A DNA stretch of 64,000 bases from Octopus vulgaris (GCA_951406725.2 OX597815.1:170066001-170130000), one strand, 5' to 3'. Counted from the first letter of the stretch, positions 1-15,137 are shown. The notes: generated by a model not told the origin, from the sequence alone. Translations and numbers: made by a program.

Positions 1-47
1 TTTCTGGTGTGTGCCTATACCATCTTTTTTCTGTTGTTATTCCATAA

Positions 48-97
48 TGTTATTATTACTATTATTATTATTATTATTATTATTACATTATTATTAC

Positions 98-145
<48 letters not shown>

Positions 146-148
146 TAC

Positions 149-179
<31 letters not shown>
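48..179. repeat. (ATT)n/(AAT)n microsatellite, probably the 3' tail of the adjacent minus-strand retroelement
   Basis: Directly visible trinucleotide run; it produces the poly-L/poly-N ORFs at 7-284. Confidence 0.95.
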
Positions 180-615
180 GAGTGAGAGAGCAGTGCATGC
201 CATCAAAGTGACACTGGGGTAAAATATACGAAGCCCAATATACCCATCATGACTACCCGTCTGATAAAGGTACACCAGGCACATGCATCACAACCATATG
301 TGCGCGACATGGTGATCTCATATCAAGATAAACAGCACATGACCTTGCAGGTGGGGCCCAGTTAGAATTTTCTTCAGGTTGAGTAGCCCATCCCGCTCAA
401 AAGGTCCCCGAATAAGGGTTGTTTAAGGATGTTGAAAGAACCACCCATGTTTCCAGAGGTGAATTATTCAAACCCCAAAGAATCCCTCTCAACACATGGC
501 TATGATGCTCCCCCACTACTTCTGCTCGTGATCAGAGATGCACATATCGTCAGCCACTAAGGGACATGCTCAACTGGTTAAGGTCAAACAACTGACAAGC
601 AAATCTGTGGTATTG

Positions 616-616
<1 letters not shown>
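180..616 (-). mobile_element. Interspersed repeat, likely the 3' UTR fragment of a non-LTR retrotransposon
   Basis: Complex, more GC-balanced 437-bp block between two (ATT)n tracts. On the minus strand it ends ...GCACTGCTCTCTCACTC(AAT)n, like a LINE 3' end with a trinucleotide tail. No ORF. Confidence 0.55.
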
Positions 617-670
<54 letters not shown>

Positions 671-671
<1 letters not shown>

Positions 672-1119
672 GACTGTGAGCTGGTGGAATCGCTAGCACG
701 TTGGAAGAAACGCTTAGTGGTATTTCGCCCGTCGCTACATTCTGAGTTCAAATTCTGGCGGAGTTGACTTTGCCTTTCATCCTTCGGGGTCGATAAATTA
801 AGTACCAGTTGAGTACTGGGGTCGATGTAATTGACTTAGTCCCTCCCCGAAAATTTCAGGTCTTGTGTCTATAATAGAAAGGATTATTATTATTTTCACT
901 ATTAAGGCGGTGAGCTGGCAGAATCTTTAGCACGATGGGTGAAATGTTTAGCAGTATTTCACCCGTCGCTACGTTCTGGGCTAAAATTTCTCAGAGGTCG
1001 ACTTTGTCTTTCATCCTTTCGAAGGTCAGTAAATTAAGTACAAGTGTAACACTGCGGTCAATGTAACCGACTAGTCTCCTCCACCCAAATTTCAGACTTG
1101 TTCCTTTCGCAGAAAGGAT
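671..1119 (+). mobile_element. Two tandem tRNA-derived SINEs, family A (about 671-883 and 906-1119)
   Basis: Head GGCGGTGAGCTGGCAGAATC, B-box-like GAGTTCAAATTC and body GACTTTGCCTTTCATCCTT(T)CGGGGTCGATAAATTAAGTACCAG (resembles the MetaSINE Meta domain). The same sequence recurs more than 20 times in the window. Confidence 0.85.
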
Positions 1120-1137
1120 TATTATTATTATTATAAG

Positions 1138-2358
1138 TATTCAGTCATCCAAGAAATAAACGTTTTTTTTCCATTGTATGGACTAAAAGTTGGAGGGAGT
1201 CGGGATAAACTGCCTGCATCAAATTTAGTTGCAAGTTTTGAGGAGTGCAGTCCGATTTTAACAGTTATTTTTCAAAGCTATAATGTAAGTGATAAATATG
1301 TATATTGGGTATATTTTGCTTTATGTGTTCAATAAGGGCAACAACGCAACGGAACGTGCGAGGAGTATTAATGCAGTATATGGGGAGCAGGCAATTAGCG
1401 TAAGCCAGTGTCAACGGTGGTTCTAGAAATTCCGAGCCGGAAACTACAGCCTAGAAGACGAGCCTCGTCCTGGAAGATCTGTAGAGCTCGACGAGGACGT
1501 CTTACAAAACCTGGTAGAACAAAATCGTATCGTAATTTTTTGTGGAACTAGCAGAGAAGCTTGAATTTACTCATCCAACCATTCATCGACACTTGCGTGA
1601 CATCAGGAAAGTCAGCAAATTGGGTCAATGTGTTCCTCACATGCTTTCCTCACAAACTAATCGCGCGCAGAGATTGAATGTGTGCTTTTCTTTGTTATCA
1701 CGTCTCACGAATGAACCTTTTTTGGACTGAATAGCCACTGAGGACGAGAAATGAGTTCTCTATAAAAATGTCAAGCGCCGAAGACAGTGGATAGAAAAAG
1801 GGGAAAACCGGTGCTCCAGGCTAAAGAAGGTCTTCACCCGCGTAAGGTGTTGTTATCTGTTTGGTGGGATGTGGAAGGTTTAGTCCACTCTGAAATTTTA
1901 AACCCAAACCAAACGATAAAAAGATCTGCTGCGAACAGCTTGAGCGGCTTAAATCATCTCTGAAGTCGAAAGGTGTTCTTCCATCAGGATAATGCCCGGC
2001 TAAATACAGCGAGGATGACATTCCAAAGGCTGGAGCAATTTGAATGGGAAACGATACCCCACCCACCATATTCATCGGATATTGCCCCATTTAATTATCA
2101 TTTATTGCGCAGTCTTCAAAATCATTTGGATGGAAAAAAATATGAATTCTGTAGACGAGATCAGAACAATACTGGAGGAGTATTTTTCGTCACGCAGAAG
2201 TGAATTTTGGAAGAGGCGCCTTGGAAGTCTACCAAATAGATAGAGGAACATTGTAGAAAATGAAAGAGCGTATATTTTAGATAAAAAAAATTTGTCCATC
2301 TTAATTTTGAAAAATAAGGAAGTATAAAAAACCGCATTGTTTATGGGAAGGACCAATA
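1138..2358 (+). mobile_element. Degenerate full-length mariner (Tc1/mariner, DD34D) transposon
   Basis: Imperfect TIRs: TATTCAGTCATCCAAGAAATAAACGTTTTT vs the reverse complement of the right end, TATTGGTCCTTCCCATAAACAATGCGGTTTTT. TA termini, about 1.2 kb, encloses a transposase pseudogene. Confidence 0.9.
1283..2285 (+). pseudogene. mariner transposase pseudogene (stops and frameshifts)
   Basis: Fragments read ILLYVFNKGNNATE...QCQRWF*KFRAGNYSLEDEPRPGR, LGQCVPHML (WVPHEL motif), ATEDEK, FHQDNARLN, HPPYSSDIAPFNYHL (YSPDLAP motif) and EFWKRRLGSLPNR. Confidence 0.92.
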
Positions 2359-3311
2359 GTTGCAGTAGTTAAAGTAGTAGTAGTAGTAACAGCAACAGTA
2401 GTGGAAATACTTGTAGTAGTTATAGCAAAGTGATAATATATTGGACATAAATTTGACGAGAGAAGGATGTGCCATCGTCTCAGTCATATTACTGGGTCTT
2501 ATTTTTTCCAACACTTAAGAGGTTAAAGACAAAATGTTCAGTGGTATTAAAACTAGAACAGAAGAACGAGCAAATTACATACTGCGTGTCATTCAAATAT
2601 CTGCCTATGGTGGACATGAAAAGAATTGAATATAAATGTTTATACGAGTGAAATTGAGACACATGAGAGGAAGAGAGAAGGAGAGTGAGAGTAAGAAAGA
2701 GGGCAAGTGAGAGAGTGAAACAGAAAGATAAGAGGAGAGATTTATGAAACAATGATATACAAAATATACAAAATATTTTAATAACATGCAGAGCAAGCCA
2801 GTTTTGTTGACAAATAATATAGCAGCCTAAACTAACATGACAAGTGTCAACACCTACGAAGCAAAGTATGATAAGAAAATTTGCATCTGCATTTAAATTC
2901 TACCAAAATAAAACTACAAAGAAAATATCTCAATGGCGCACTGTTATGGAGTCGGTCGGTCGATTCCTGCTGTTAAGCAGCAAAAATATTGGTTTCTAAC
3001 CTAAGAACAAAAGTCGGTTGATTAACAAAACTGGTTAGCTCGACGGACAAAATGCTTACTGTGTTTGCTCTGGTCCTTTATGTTCTGAGTTCAAGTCCAG
3101 TAAAGGTCAGGAATAACTTTTATTCTTTCGGAACTGATAAAATTTAGTACACTTTAAAATCATTGGCTTTGGGCCGAAATCAGAAACCAAAGACAGCGAA
3201 CTGTCAGAAACTGTTTTGCGGTAATATGAGTTCAAATCATACCAGGGTTATCGCCTCACCCCCAAAATGCTGCCCTTGTAAGAAAATTTGAAACAATTAT
3301 CATTATTATTA

Positions 3312-3525
3312 AGGCGGCGAGCTGACAGAATCGTTAGAACGCTGGTTGAAATGCTTAGCGGTATATCGCTTGCTGCTACGCGCTGAATTCAAATTCTACC
3401 GAGCTTGTTTTTGCCTTTCATCCTTTTGGGGTCGATAAATTAAGTACCAGTGAAACAGTGGAGTCAATGTAATCAGCAAGTCCTCTACCACCTAATTTTA
3501 GACTTGTGTCTCCAGTAGAGAGTAT
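3312..3525 (+). mobile_element. SINE family A copy (more degenerate relics at about 3030-3290)
   Basis: GGCGGCGAGCTGACAGAATCGTTAG...GCCTTTCATCCTTTTGGGGTCGATAAATTAAGTACCAG. Confidence 0.8.
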
Positions 3526-3571
3526 TATTATTATCGCCATCATTATCCTCATCATTATTATTATTATTATT

Positions 3572-3604
<33 letters not shown>

Positions 3605-3871
3605 ATTAGGTAGTTCTAGACAGTCACAACAGAAAGATTTTGATATTGATTTAAACTTGAAATACGACCAGGGTTCTCGAGAAACCAGACTGGTTAGATA
3701 GATATTCTGTAATAATTAGTTACGAAGAACTTCACGAAAATATTCTCAAATATATAGTATAAAGTATTTCAAGCAAAGAAATTCTATTTTCGTATGAAAG
3801 AGCTTCCACGAAAGTTTCTGTATAAGTATATACGCATGCAAAAATACATTCATAATACATACATACATACA

Positions 3872-3955
<84 letters not shown>

Positions 3956-4554
3956 AAAGTAAAAATATACAAACTGGGACAAGAACGTGAAACATTTAGA
4001 AGACGACACAAAAAACGGACGGGACTAAGCTCTCAGTCATCCGTCAAGAACGGATATCTTCGCAATTTCGGCTGATTATATATATATATATATATAAATA
4101 CATACATACATACATACATACATACATACATACATACATACATACATACATACATGCATATATACATATGTGTATGTGAATATATATATGTGTATATGTG
4201 TTTATTTATGTATACATAAGTAACATTTAAAATTACGAACTGGAGAAAAATGTTTTCATAAGTTATATAACTGAAACTTAAAATAATCGATTTAATCGCA
4301 TATTATATACTTGAATCTCGAAATGAAGAGTAGAGAGACAGCCGAAAACTGATGAAGAGTCTTTCCTCTGTGTTTACTTGTCCTGTTTTCTATTTTCTTC
4401 TCGTTGTTCATGTATTTTACTCGTTATTCTCTCCTTTGTTTACGCATTCCATGTTCTTTGCACTGCTGGTGACGTCCTGTACCCATATATGCATTTATAT
4501 ATACATACATACATGCATACACAGAAACATGCACACACACATATACATACATAC

Positions 4555-4561
<7 letters not shown>

Positions 4562-4638
<77 letters not shown>
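4562..4638. repeat. (TA)n microsatellite, representative of more than 30 such tracts in the window
   Basis: Directly visible; source of the IYIYIY ORFs. Confidence 0.95.
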
Positions 4639-4641
<3 letters not shown>

Positions 4642-4687
4642 CTTATTCAATAAAATGCGATGCATCCATTTCCAAGTAAGGTATATG

Positions 4688-4739
<52 letters not shown>

Positions 4740-5049
4740 TATATATATGTATATATACTTGTATATATACTTGTATATATATGTATGTATATATAATATA
4801 TATATATATATATGTACATGAACTGTTTCGTAGTACGAAAATATTTTTTGATATAGTGTGTTTCTTATTTACATGTTATTGCTTGATACTGATGATGTAA
4901 TCTCATTGCACATATATATGCAGCTGATTATGCATACGTACATATACACATGTACGCATTCATAAGTAAAAATATATATTATACATATATGCACACCTAG
5001 ACACATTAATATGTTTATATAGTTCTACATATAGCCGCACATACACAAA

Positions 5050-5107
<58 letters not shown>

Positions 5108-5949
5108 TTATTGCACATAAATGTGTGTTTGTGTATTGATGCATACATACTGTGGAGCTTTATTAAAATAGTGCACCGAAGTTAAAGACTGATACTCGCA
5201 CGTGTGCACAAGCATGCATGAAGCGTAGTGAGAAGGAGAGATATCTAGGCTGATACTTTTAAATAACAGCAAGCTCTCTATGTCAAACCGATCTGTTCGC
5301 TAGTTGTCTTTATATCGCTCTCTAACTACAGACATCTATATCTCTCATAAATCTGCTTCTATCTGTCTATCTTGTGGTTAATTATATGTCGCCCTTCGGT
5401 CTATCACCGCCTTTCTCTCTCTATTTCTTCTTCATTTTTACTCTTATACATTCGTCTTTATAATTCTTAAATTGATTTCCTTATTTTCTTCACCAAGGGT
5501 GTTCGAGCTGGGACTGATTAATAATAGAGCAAATAGCAAACGAAGCAGCTTTGAAGCAGTTGGTCATACTGGTAAAAATAATTAACAAACCTTATAATGA
5601 CACAACTCTACAGTTTTAAAATGAGAATACACTAGGCCATCCATTTTCCGTTACATAAAATGACATGGCAATCATTCCGCTGGGATAACTTTAGCAAGAA
5701 ATCAGCTCAAGCAGAGCTAGCCTAGAGCTTAACAATAAGCGAAACAGTCACGAAACAATGTGAAAACCCTTCATGTACACAATGAGTTTGCCATAAATAT
5801 TAACAAAATTTCTCCTATATCAGATTCTGTTCTTAAAAAAGGAAAGGCTCATTGAGGTGGCTCTGATGAAAATTCAATACGATCTAAAAATCAAATAAGG
5901 TTGTACATCATTTTCAGTCTACGAAGATATAGCTATATCAGCTCTGTTT

Positions 5950-6265
5950 ATACACAGGTTACACGTTTTATATCATACTTTGATACTGTGTGGACTGAGA
6001 CCCCCTTTGACAGGCCATTGATATTAAGTAAAGTGTTAACTCGTATGGTATGAAAGTTAGTCTGTCCAGTTTCCTGTAGCTACTGAAATTATCTAGTGTA
6101 CAAACTGATAGGAAAATCGCTTCTCTGGATTCATCAAATTGATGTAGATGCCTCTCATTAGAATCCAATAAAATTTTTAAGTGGAATGAAGTTGGTAATT
6201 ATTTTCTTCAGCCTACGGAGAAATAGTAAAAATAGCCCTGTTTATAAATTTGCTATATGTATTAC

Positions 6266-6270
<5 letters not shown>
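5950..6270 (+). mobile_element. Dispersed ~300-bp repeat, copy 1 (copy 2 at about 29720-30035)
   Basis: Shares TTGATACTGTGT(G/T)GACTGAGA, TTGACAGGCC, CTGTAGCTACTG and TCAAATTGATGTAGA with 29740-29905. Confidence 0.7.
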
Positions 6271-6296
<26 letters not shown>

Positions 6297-6381
6297 GGAT
6301 ATATATGAATATATATATACAGTTTGAAGGCGGTGCTCCGGTATGGTTGCAGTCAGTCAAATGACTGAGATAAGTGAAAGA

Positions 6382-6615
<234 letters not shown>

Positions 6616-8091
6616 ATATATTTATTATATATATATATATATATGATATATAATAGAGAGAGAGAGGGGTGGGGGAGAGGATGGTGAGAGCCTAAATGCG
6701 GTTTACGAATAAGTTGTTCAAACAGAGCTAGAGTGAGTTGTAAAAAGTATCCCTAACAATCAAAAGAGTATCGGCTGATATTCTTAGCGGAACTGGTTGA
6801 AATAACTCATCTAGGCTTCAAATATCACAATCTTCTCCCTATAAAATCTGTAAGGAAACTTAATATATACAAACATACATGCTGAGTATATACAAACATA
6901 CATAGTTGGTTACGAAACCGGGTAAGTACTGCGCTGATCTTGTTACTTATGAAATTTGCAATCATGTTTCACAAGTTTTCTTTACGTCGTTAGTAATTAT
7001 AATTAGTATATTGCTTAATTGACTCTTTTCTGTTTTATTTGATTCCATTCTCCTCATCATTAATATATAGAGTGGAGAAACAATAGTTTATATCTCATTA
7101 TTCCTACCTATTAAAGTAATAATTTAATGTTAGCTTTAATTTTATTTAGTCAGTTTTAATTTCATTTACCGTTACGAGATCCAGGTATTAATCGTTTTTG
7201 CTTCTTTTAATGTGCTAGTTTCGTTGTTACACGCAACATGTGAGTTAGTTTGATGTTGTAATTATGGTTTTTGATATTTCTTTAGGGTTGATTATAATTT
7301 TAATTGCTTTATGTTTTAATTAACACCAGTGTACTCTCATTTTCTGTTTTATTAATTCTGTATTAGTAGTACATTAGTACCTAAGTTTAACATGCAATAG
7401 TATATATCTATTTATTCATTTTCATATTAATTTTATTTATGAAGCACTAGTTTATGTCTCTTTATACTTTTAATTGTTGGTTGCTTGAGATAGGTTTACG
7501 TTTTACATATTCGAAGGTTTGGAAAGGTTCATGTGTCATAGGTTGAGGACTTTGATCCGTTATATGTACATCTCTATGGTAGTGGTGTTTCCTTTTATGT
7601 CGTGTAATTCCCAGGCAGCGTTGGAATATTTTAGGCGCTGTGGGTACCGTTGCGTTGGATAGTAGTGTCGAAACTGTAGTGATATCCTGTAACACAGCAG
7701 ACGATGGGATGTCTATGATTATTAACATGAAACTGTTTTGTAAGGTTTTTGTATTTGTTCATAGGATTATCTTTTTGGTTCGTTGTTTAGTGGTTTTTTA
7801 CTCTCCTGTACATAGATGTTATCCCTATTAGTAGCTCTTGTATAGAATCAAATATTTAGTCGGATCATTGTGGAGATTTAATTGCTTACCACACAGATGG
7901 ATCATCAAAAATTTAGTGGTATACAGAATTTTTTGGATCAGACATGAACTAGAAATTAAATTATGATGGATTTGTAACATACAAACATACATCGGCATGT
8001 ATAAATGTGTGCATACAAACACGCTCACTCACACACACATATTCATATACGCACAGATAAATGTATACATATATATACATATATGAATACA

Positions 8092-8169
<78 letters not shown>

Positions 8170-8170
8170 C

Positions 8171-8375
8171 ATACTCTTTTACTCTATTAACTGTTTCAGT
8201 CATATGACTGCGGCCATGCTGGAACACAGTCTTTACTCAAAGAAATCGACCCCAGGACTCTCTCTTTGTAAGCCTAGTACTTATTCTATCGGTCGCTTTT
8301 GACGAACCGCTATGCTACGGGGACGTAAACACACCAGCATCAGTTGTCAAGTGATGGTGAGGGGACAAACACACA

Positions 8376-8416
<41 letters not shown>

Positions 8417-8468
8417 GACAGATTCTTTCTGTTTCCGTCTACCAAATCCACTCACAAGGCTTTGGTTG
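8171..8468 (-). mobile_element. SINE family B, 5'-truncated
   Basis: Reverse complement of CCTTGTGAGTGGATTTGGTAGACGGAAAC...(TA)n...CCAGCATGGCCGCAGTCATATGACTGAAACAGTTAATAGAGTAAAAGAG. Confidence 0.85.
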
Positions 8469-8651
8469 ATAAATCGAAGTTTGATCGAAGTTTGAGACTG
8501 ATCGCGCCATTTTTTCTTTCTGGCTTGACAGTGTAAACATGGCAGCCCAACTAGCAATGTGCACCAAAGAAAAACAAAGAGCAGTGATCTGGCCAATAAA
8601 CTGAAGCCAGCAATTTGCACCAAACGTGTGTGTATATATTGCACACCAGAC

Positions 8652-8684
<33 letters not shown>

Positions 8685-8687
<3 letters not shown>

Positions 8688-8754
8688 TGCTATTAAGTTA
8701 GACATGGCCTGGGCCAATAATGGGCGAAACCTATCAAAGTATCAAAGTATCAAA

Positions 8755-8756
<2 letters not shown>
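8685..8756 (+). mobile_element. Extreme 3'-end fragment of the CR1/L2-group LINE at 39951-40822, inserted in (TA)n
   Basis: TGGTGCTATTAAGTTAGACATGGCCTGG is identical to the LINE 3' UTR at about 40753-40780. Ends in a (TATCAAAG)3 tail with (TA)n on both sides. Confidence 0.8.
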
Positions 8757-8841
<85 letters not shown>

Positions 8842-10392
8842 CATTTTCATATACATATACGTATGTATCTCTCTCTATCTCTCTCGTTCTATCTATCTAT
8901 CTATCTCTATATGCATATATAGTGAGGTGGGGTGTCTCAGTCTTTTAATTCAAGTTGTGAATTTCTTATCATGTTCCGAACTTCAGAATAAATAGAACTG
9001 TCCCTTATTCTTAAGCGCTTCTCTGTAATTACTGTAATCGCCCCCGTTTTACCTCTGCAGTGGCCGTTGCTCCCATCATAATAATAATCATTATTATTAG
9101 CAATTTTATTTTAGTTAAGTATTTAATGACTTTCAAATCTTCTCGGTATCTTTAATTAAGTGACAGGTTTATCTTAAAGTTGTTTAGATACTGATCTTAT
9201 ATACATAAGGGCTAACCGAATCATAATTACCCTGTATTTGTATTGCTGTGCATTTATATCAAATTTTTGCATGTCATTCTAACCACGATACAATTACAGA
9301 ATAAAGCTGAAACATAAGGAGACTGAATGCTGAGAATTCCAATGGAAAATTCATTATTTAGACCTGAATAACTCGTATTCAACAACAGGCATAAAAGGAG
9401 CCATGTATTAATGTATTATTACTATTTCTGCGAATCTGACGTCAGACCAGTTTAAACAGTTACAGGGAGTTTCAATAAACCAAAGAATTATGCCTACGCG
9501 CCGAAATAGCTGAGTCGTCAGCCTGTCGCTCGAAATACCTTGCGATTGTTCTGCGTTCAACTCCAATCGAAATAGACTTAGTCTTTCCTTTCACCGCTCC
9601 GGGTTGGATAAGTATTGTACCATTTAAAGGAAAATGAGTTACGGAAACATTAGAGCGACGGAAAAGAGGCCTTATAGTATATCTTTGGATTTTGTATTCC
9701 GAGTTCAAATCTCCTTGTGGCCCACTTTGGTTTGTAGACATAATCTTGTCCCCTGGTCTAGTACCGACACCTGCTTTGTTACATGTACTCGATTTAAAGA
9801 TAATTTCGTCCTTCCACCAACCTCGGAGGCCCTGACCATGGTCCTTGGTACTCCCTTTCCCCCATGACTATGAACACAATTGCTTAAAGAAAGATTGTTG
9901 GTTGGTTTTATATTTGAACACCAGAACAGGCAGATCGGGCAAACCTATGACCCAAGTCCTGCTATCTATGACCATTCTGTTTTCTTTTTTTCATCTTAGG
10001 TTACATTATCCAATATGTGTTTCTGTATTAAAGAGGACATAGTAGAATAGATTGAGTTAATGTTTCTACTACGACGATGGCCAACGTACTGACCAGTTTT
10101 TTCCCTTCAAAATATATTTTCAGAAGCACCTCCCAAATTCACGTATGTTAAGTAGCTATTTTATATGTTTCTAAACGAGATCAGATATACTAAGATCAAT
10201 AAACAAATTTATTGTTATCCTTTATACATTTTAATTAGACAAAACAAAAATAGTTTCTATAAGAAATGATTATAGTTAAGAAAATCGACTGCATTTCATA
10301 GATTACTTACAAAGGAACACAGCGTAGTTTTTCGTTTTACTTTTTGTCATTTTAAATCGATATGAGAACTCATCTAAAATATATTTTGTCGA

Positions 10393-10976
10393 AGGTAGCG
10401 AGCTGGCAGAAACGTTAGCACGCCGGGGGAAATGCGTAGTCGTATTACGTCTGCTGTTACGTTCTGAGTTCAAATTCCGCCGAGGTCGACTTTGCCTTTC
10501 ATCCTTTCGGGGTCGATTAAACAGCACCCATTACGCACTGGGGTAGATATAATCGACTTAATCCGTTTGCCTGTCCTTGTTTGTCCTATCTGTGTTTAGC
10601 CCCTTGTGGGTAGTAAAGAAATAGCTATTTCGTCTGCCGCTACGTTCTGAGTTCAAATTCCGCCAAGGTCGATTTTGCCTTTCATCCTTTCGGGGTCGAC
10701 AAATTAAGTACCAGTTACGCACTGGTATCGATATAATCGACTTAATCCGTTTGTCCGTTCTTGTTCGTCCCTTCTGTGCTTAGCCTCTTGTGGGTAGTAA
10801 AGAAATAGGTATTTCGTCTTTCTTTATGATTCTGAGTTCAAATTCCGCCGAGGTTGACTTTGCCTTTCGTCATTCGGAGTCGATAAATTAAGTACCAGTT
10901 GCAAACTGGGTCAATCTAATCGACTGCCCCATCTATTCGCCAAATTTCGGTCTTTGTGTCTAGAGTAGAAAAGAAT
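10393..10976 (+). mobile_element. Trimeric SINE family A with 14-bp TSD
   Basis: One head followed by three bodies about 183 bp apart; ATATATTTTGTCGA duplicated at 10379-10392 and 10977-10990. Confidence 0.88.
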
Positions 10977-12744
10977 ATATATTTTGTCGATCAAAAATTG
11001 ATGAAATCCAGCATCAAACATAACAGAATGTAAATCCAGGTCGTAAAGTATCTTATGTAAAAACTGCTTGGTATTTTGTGAGACATGCTATCAATTTTGT
11101 CGCAACACCACTCTACTTTCTTTATTTTCGCAGTAATTCTTTGAGCAAGTATGAAAAAAAGAGAGTCGTTCTCACCAGGCTTGGAGACGTATGCTAAGGA
11201 CGGCTATTAAGCCACAGAAGAAGTTTGCGAATGTCATCTTATCTCCACTCAATAAGCCTGTACTTTACCAAAATGGCATGTCAACTTGAGATTATCTCCC
11301 CTTCTCAAGTAGAGCTAGTCTTAATTGCCATTTGCTAATTACGATGCATCATCTAGGGGCGGAAGTAACTGTTACGATCAGGAATTTAAATTGTATTGTA
11401 TATATGTCTGTATTTTTAAACGTTTTTCAAATACATCCCATTGGCTACACCGAGATATTTATCATAGTTAAATTCTGCTTAAATTATGCAAGTTATAGCG
11501 ACCAAAATGTGTTCTACTCGTTTTTCTATAAATCTAAGTCCTTTAGCTATCGGAGATAAGGTTGAACTATTGTCGTGCTGATGATAGCTATTGAGTCAGA
11601 AACACGTATCCACGACTATCCGCTTATCTTCAAACAATAAGTCTGTCTTTTGTTTTAATGGTGTGTCAGCTTTGGAGATTTCCTGATTCTTAAAAATATC
11701 TTCTCTGCTCATGTAGAGATGGTCTTAACAGTTATTCGGTAATTATATATCATCTAGAGGCGGAGATAGTTTTAAAACTCAACTTACGTTGCATAGCATT
11801 TGATATGCCTCTATCTATGTTGTTCAAATACGTGCTACTGACCACTCCGAGTTATTTCTCTTAGCTCATTTTTGTTTAAATTATTTGAATTTGAATCTAA
11901 TATATATCAAACATTTTCCATAAAAATCTCAGTCTTCTATGCTACGGTTTCTCCGTTCCTGTCAACTGAAGGCCAAACCTTACTCGTTTGTTACCAGGTT
12001 ATTGACTCATGTTTATATCTCCGTAAAGTGTTGTTAATTAGACTATGTCAAATTTCACGCAAATTAAGCATATGCTACCATCATATTCTGTTATTGAAAA
12101 AAGATTTGCTAGTTTTCTTTTCAGATTTTCCTTGCGATATTGCAACAATACAAGCCATTATTGGACATGAAACACATAAGCTAACAACATAGCTTATTAC
12201 TATGGGAAATAATATTGTGGTATCTATTAGCCAAGCGTTCTCAACAAATATCTTCACATCAAAGAATTTTACAAGTAAGAGAAGGTGAATTAGCAAGGAT
12301 ATTGATTTTTGCTTTTCACAAATTCAAAGCTACGCTCTAATTTAGCGAAACACAAAGGCATAGTCAACCTGAAGCTGGATATTGTTATGGAGACAGAGAT
12401 AGTGAAATATCGCACATAACGATAAGTGAGCATTATAAGGAGAGCTGATAAGATTATACATATATACGTACATAAATGTATACATACAAACATGCATACA
12501 AATATACATCCATACATACATGCATCTCTCTCTTTCTCTATCTATCTATCTATCTATCTATCTATACATTTATATATATGCACACAGATAGAATCATTTG
12601 TATATGCATACAAACACTCATATTCATAAACACATACATTCACGCACATATGCATAAATACACAATAGGTGAACACACACACACATGTATATGTTATACG
12701 CATCTATATGCTAGTGTGTATGTGTAGATGTATGAGTCCTTATG

Positions 12745-13004
<260 letters not shown>

Positions 13005-13690
13005 CACACACAACGCATGCACACACATACACACACACACACACACACATGTTACTTGCTTCTATGTATGTTTCTGTCATTAATACTAATGACACGACCA
13101 GGCCTTAATTAAATCCCAATATTTAAAGAAACACACCCACAATTCATATACAATCAAATTGGATTAATCGCATTTATTGTTGAACAATGCAATATTAACA
13201 AATAACAATGACATACATACATACATAAGTTGTATTATGAAATCCTGCTGATAAGTTGTCTGTGTATATATATATATATATATGTTTAAACTAATCCATT
13301 TTAACGTCACATACGACAACAAAGTATATATGACAACACGGATTCGGGTGAATAAATATATACACACTTCAATATCACTACATGTACAATTTCTCCATTT
13401 AACTGCACACTAATTGCCGCCCAATCACAACGGGTGTGTTTTTCACACCACCAATCAATCAAATGAACGTTGCTTAATAATAACTACGGACTAACGTTTA
13501 TTATGAAATCCTGCTGATAAGTTGTCTGCATCTTTTTGCTCACACTTCACAGCTAACTATTGACACGGCGTGACACTTTGAATCAATTTGTATATTTGCA
13601 TACTGCCTCTCGACAACATGCTGTTATGTCGTTAAGTTAACACCATCCAGGGTGGAGACATTTGTTTTGACGTTATATATTCAGCGTTAA

Positions 13691-13921
13691 GGTGGCGAGC
13701 TGGCAGAAACGTTAGCACGCCGGGCGAAATGCGTAGCCGTATTTTGTCTGCCATTACGTTCTGAGTTCAAATTCCGCCGAGGTCGACTTTGCCTTTCATC
13801 CTTTCGGGGTCGATAAATTAAGTACTAGCTACGCACTGGAGTCGATGTAATCGACTTAATCAGTTTGTCTGTCCTTGTTTGTCTCCTCTGTGTTTAGCCC
13901 TTTGTGGGTAGTAAAGAAATA
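13691..13921 (+). mobile_element. Young SINE family A copy with 17-bp TSD, nested in an older family A relic
   Basis: GTTATATATTCAGCGTT at 13672-13688 and 13922-13938. The flank continues as a degenerate SINE body (TTCAAATTCTGCGG...CCTTTCGGTGTAGATAA). Confidence 0.9.
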
Positions 13922-15042
13922 GTTATATATTCAGCGTTCAAATTCTGCGGTGGTTACTATTGTTTTTTGTTCCTTTCGGTGTAGATAAGATAAAGTACTA
14001 AACAAGTATGGAGTTGACGTAAAGGTGGTGTAATTGGCTAAGTTGTTAGGAATCTCAGACAAAATACTTTGCAGTATTCATTCTGGTTTCCTGGGTTTTA
14101 TTTCCAATCCTGTAGCGGCGAACATTGCTTTTCATCTTTCTGGGGTTCAATAAAATAAATGACTTTCTTTCTGGTGGACTGGCGGAATCACTAGAAGGGC
14201 GTAAACGATGTGTTACTGCCTTTCCACCGACTCTATATATTCTCAGTGGCCTATTTGGTTTGTAGAATTTCTCTTTTGCGTAATTTAACAGCCCAATAAC
14301 CTGGCTCTTGTATGATTCTAGAATAATTTACTTTGTTGCATTCATTTAAGCAAGTCATAAGGATACAACTATTTTCCCCTTGCCCTTGTAGTAATTCCTG
14401 AAACGGTTCATGTGCTCTGTCCATTTCATGACTAATCGATAAATTAACATTAGAAATTGCTACATCTGTGATTTATGTAGGTCAATCACCATGTCTTTCG
14501 ATAATGTAAAAACAGAGAAAATGTATTAGCACCAAGTTAGAAAAGCGTTGCTGTATTTGATAAAAGAGTTATGTTTGAATTAAATTTCTTCTTGTTCTTA
14601 TAAACTTACACACACACACACGCGCACACACACTCACACACACAGACGTGCACATAAGCAACTAACACATGTTTCTCAAAGTTCAGATAGGAAGTAGTTT
14701 CAATTAGAAAATATCTAAAATTGCATAAACAAGGCGTCAGTTCGTTACATTTATTTATAGTTTAACTAAGATACAAAAAGAAAAAAGAAAAACACGAATG
14801 GGTAATTACTACTTCTGAAATGTTGCTAGCTATGAAACATATGTGGCCTGGATTTTATATCGCCCATTCCCTAATTTTGAATATAAGGTGTGGGTGTGTG
14901 GTAAGAAGCTTGCTTCCCAACCATATGGTTCCGGGTTCAATCCTGCTACATGGTATCTTGCATTAAGTTTCTTCTACAATGGCCTCGGGTCGATCAAAGA
15001 CATGACTGGATTTGGTTGTCGGAAACAAAAAGACGTCTGTCG

Positions 15043-15076
<34 letters not shown>

Positions 15077-15093
15077 GGTGTGTGTGTGTGTGT

Positions 15094-15137
<44 letters not shown>

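Noticed and set aside
5861-5900. CTGATGA as a hammerhead core
   Set aside because: No downstream GAAA/stem III/UH arrangement or stem I pairing.
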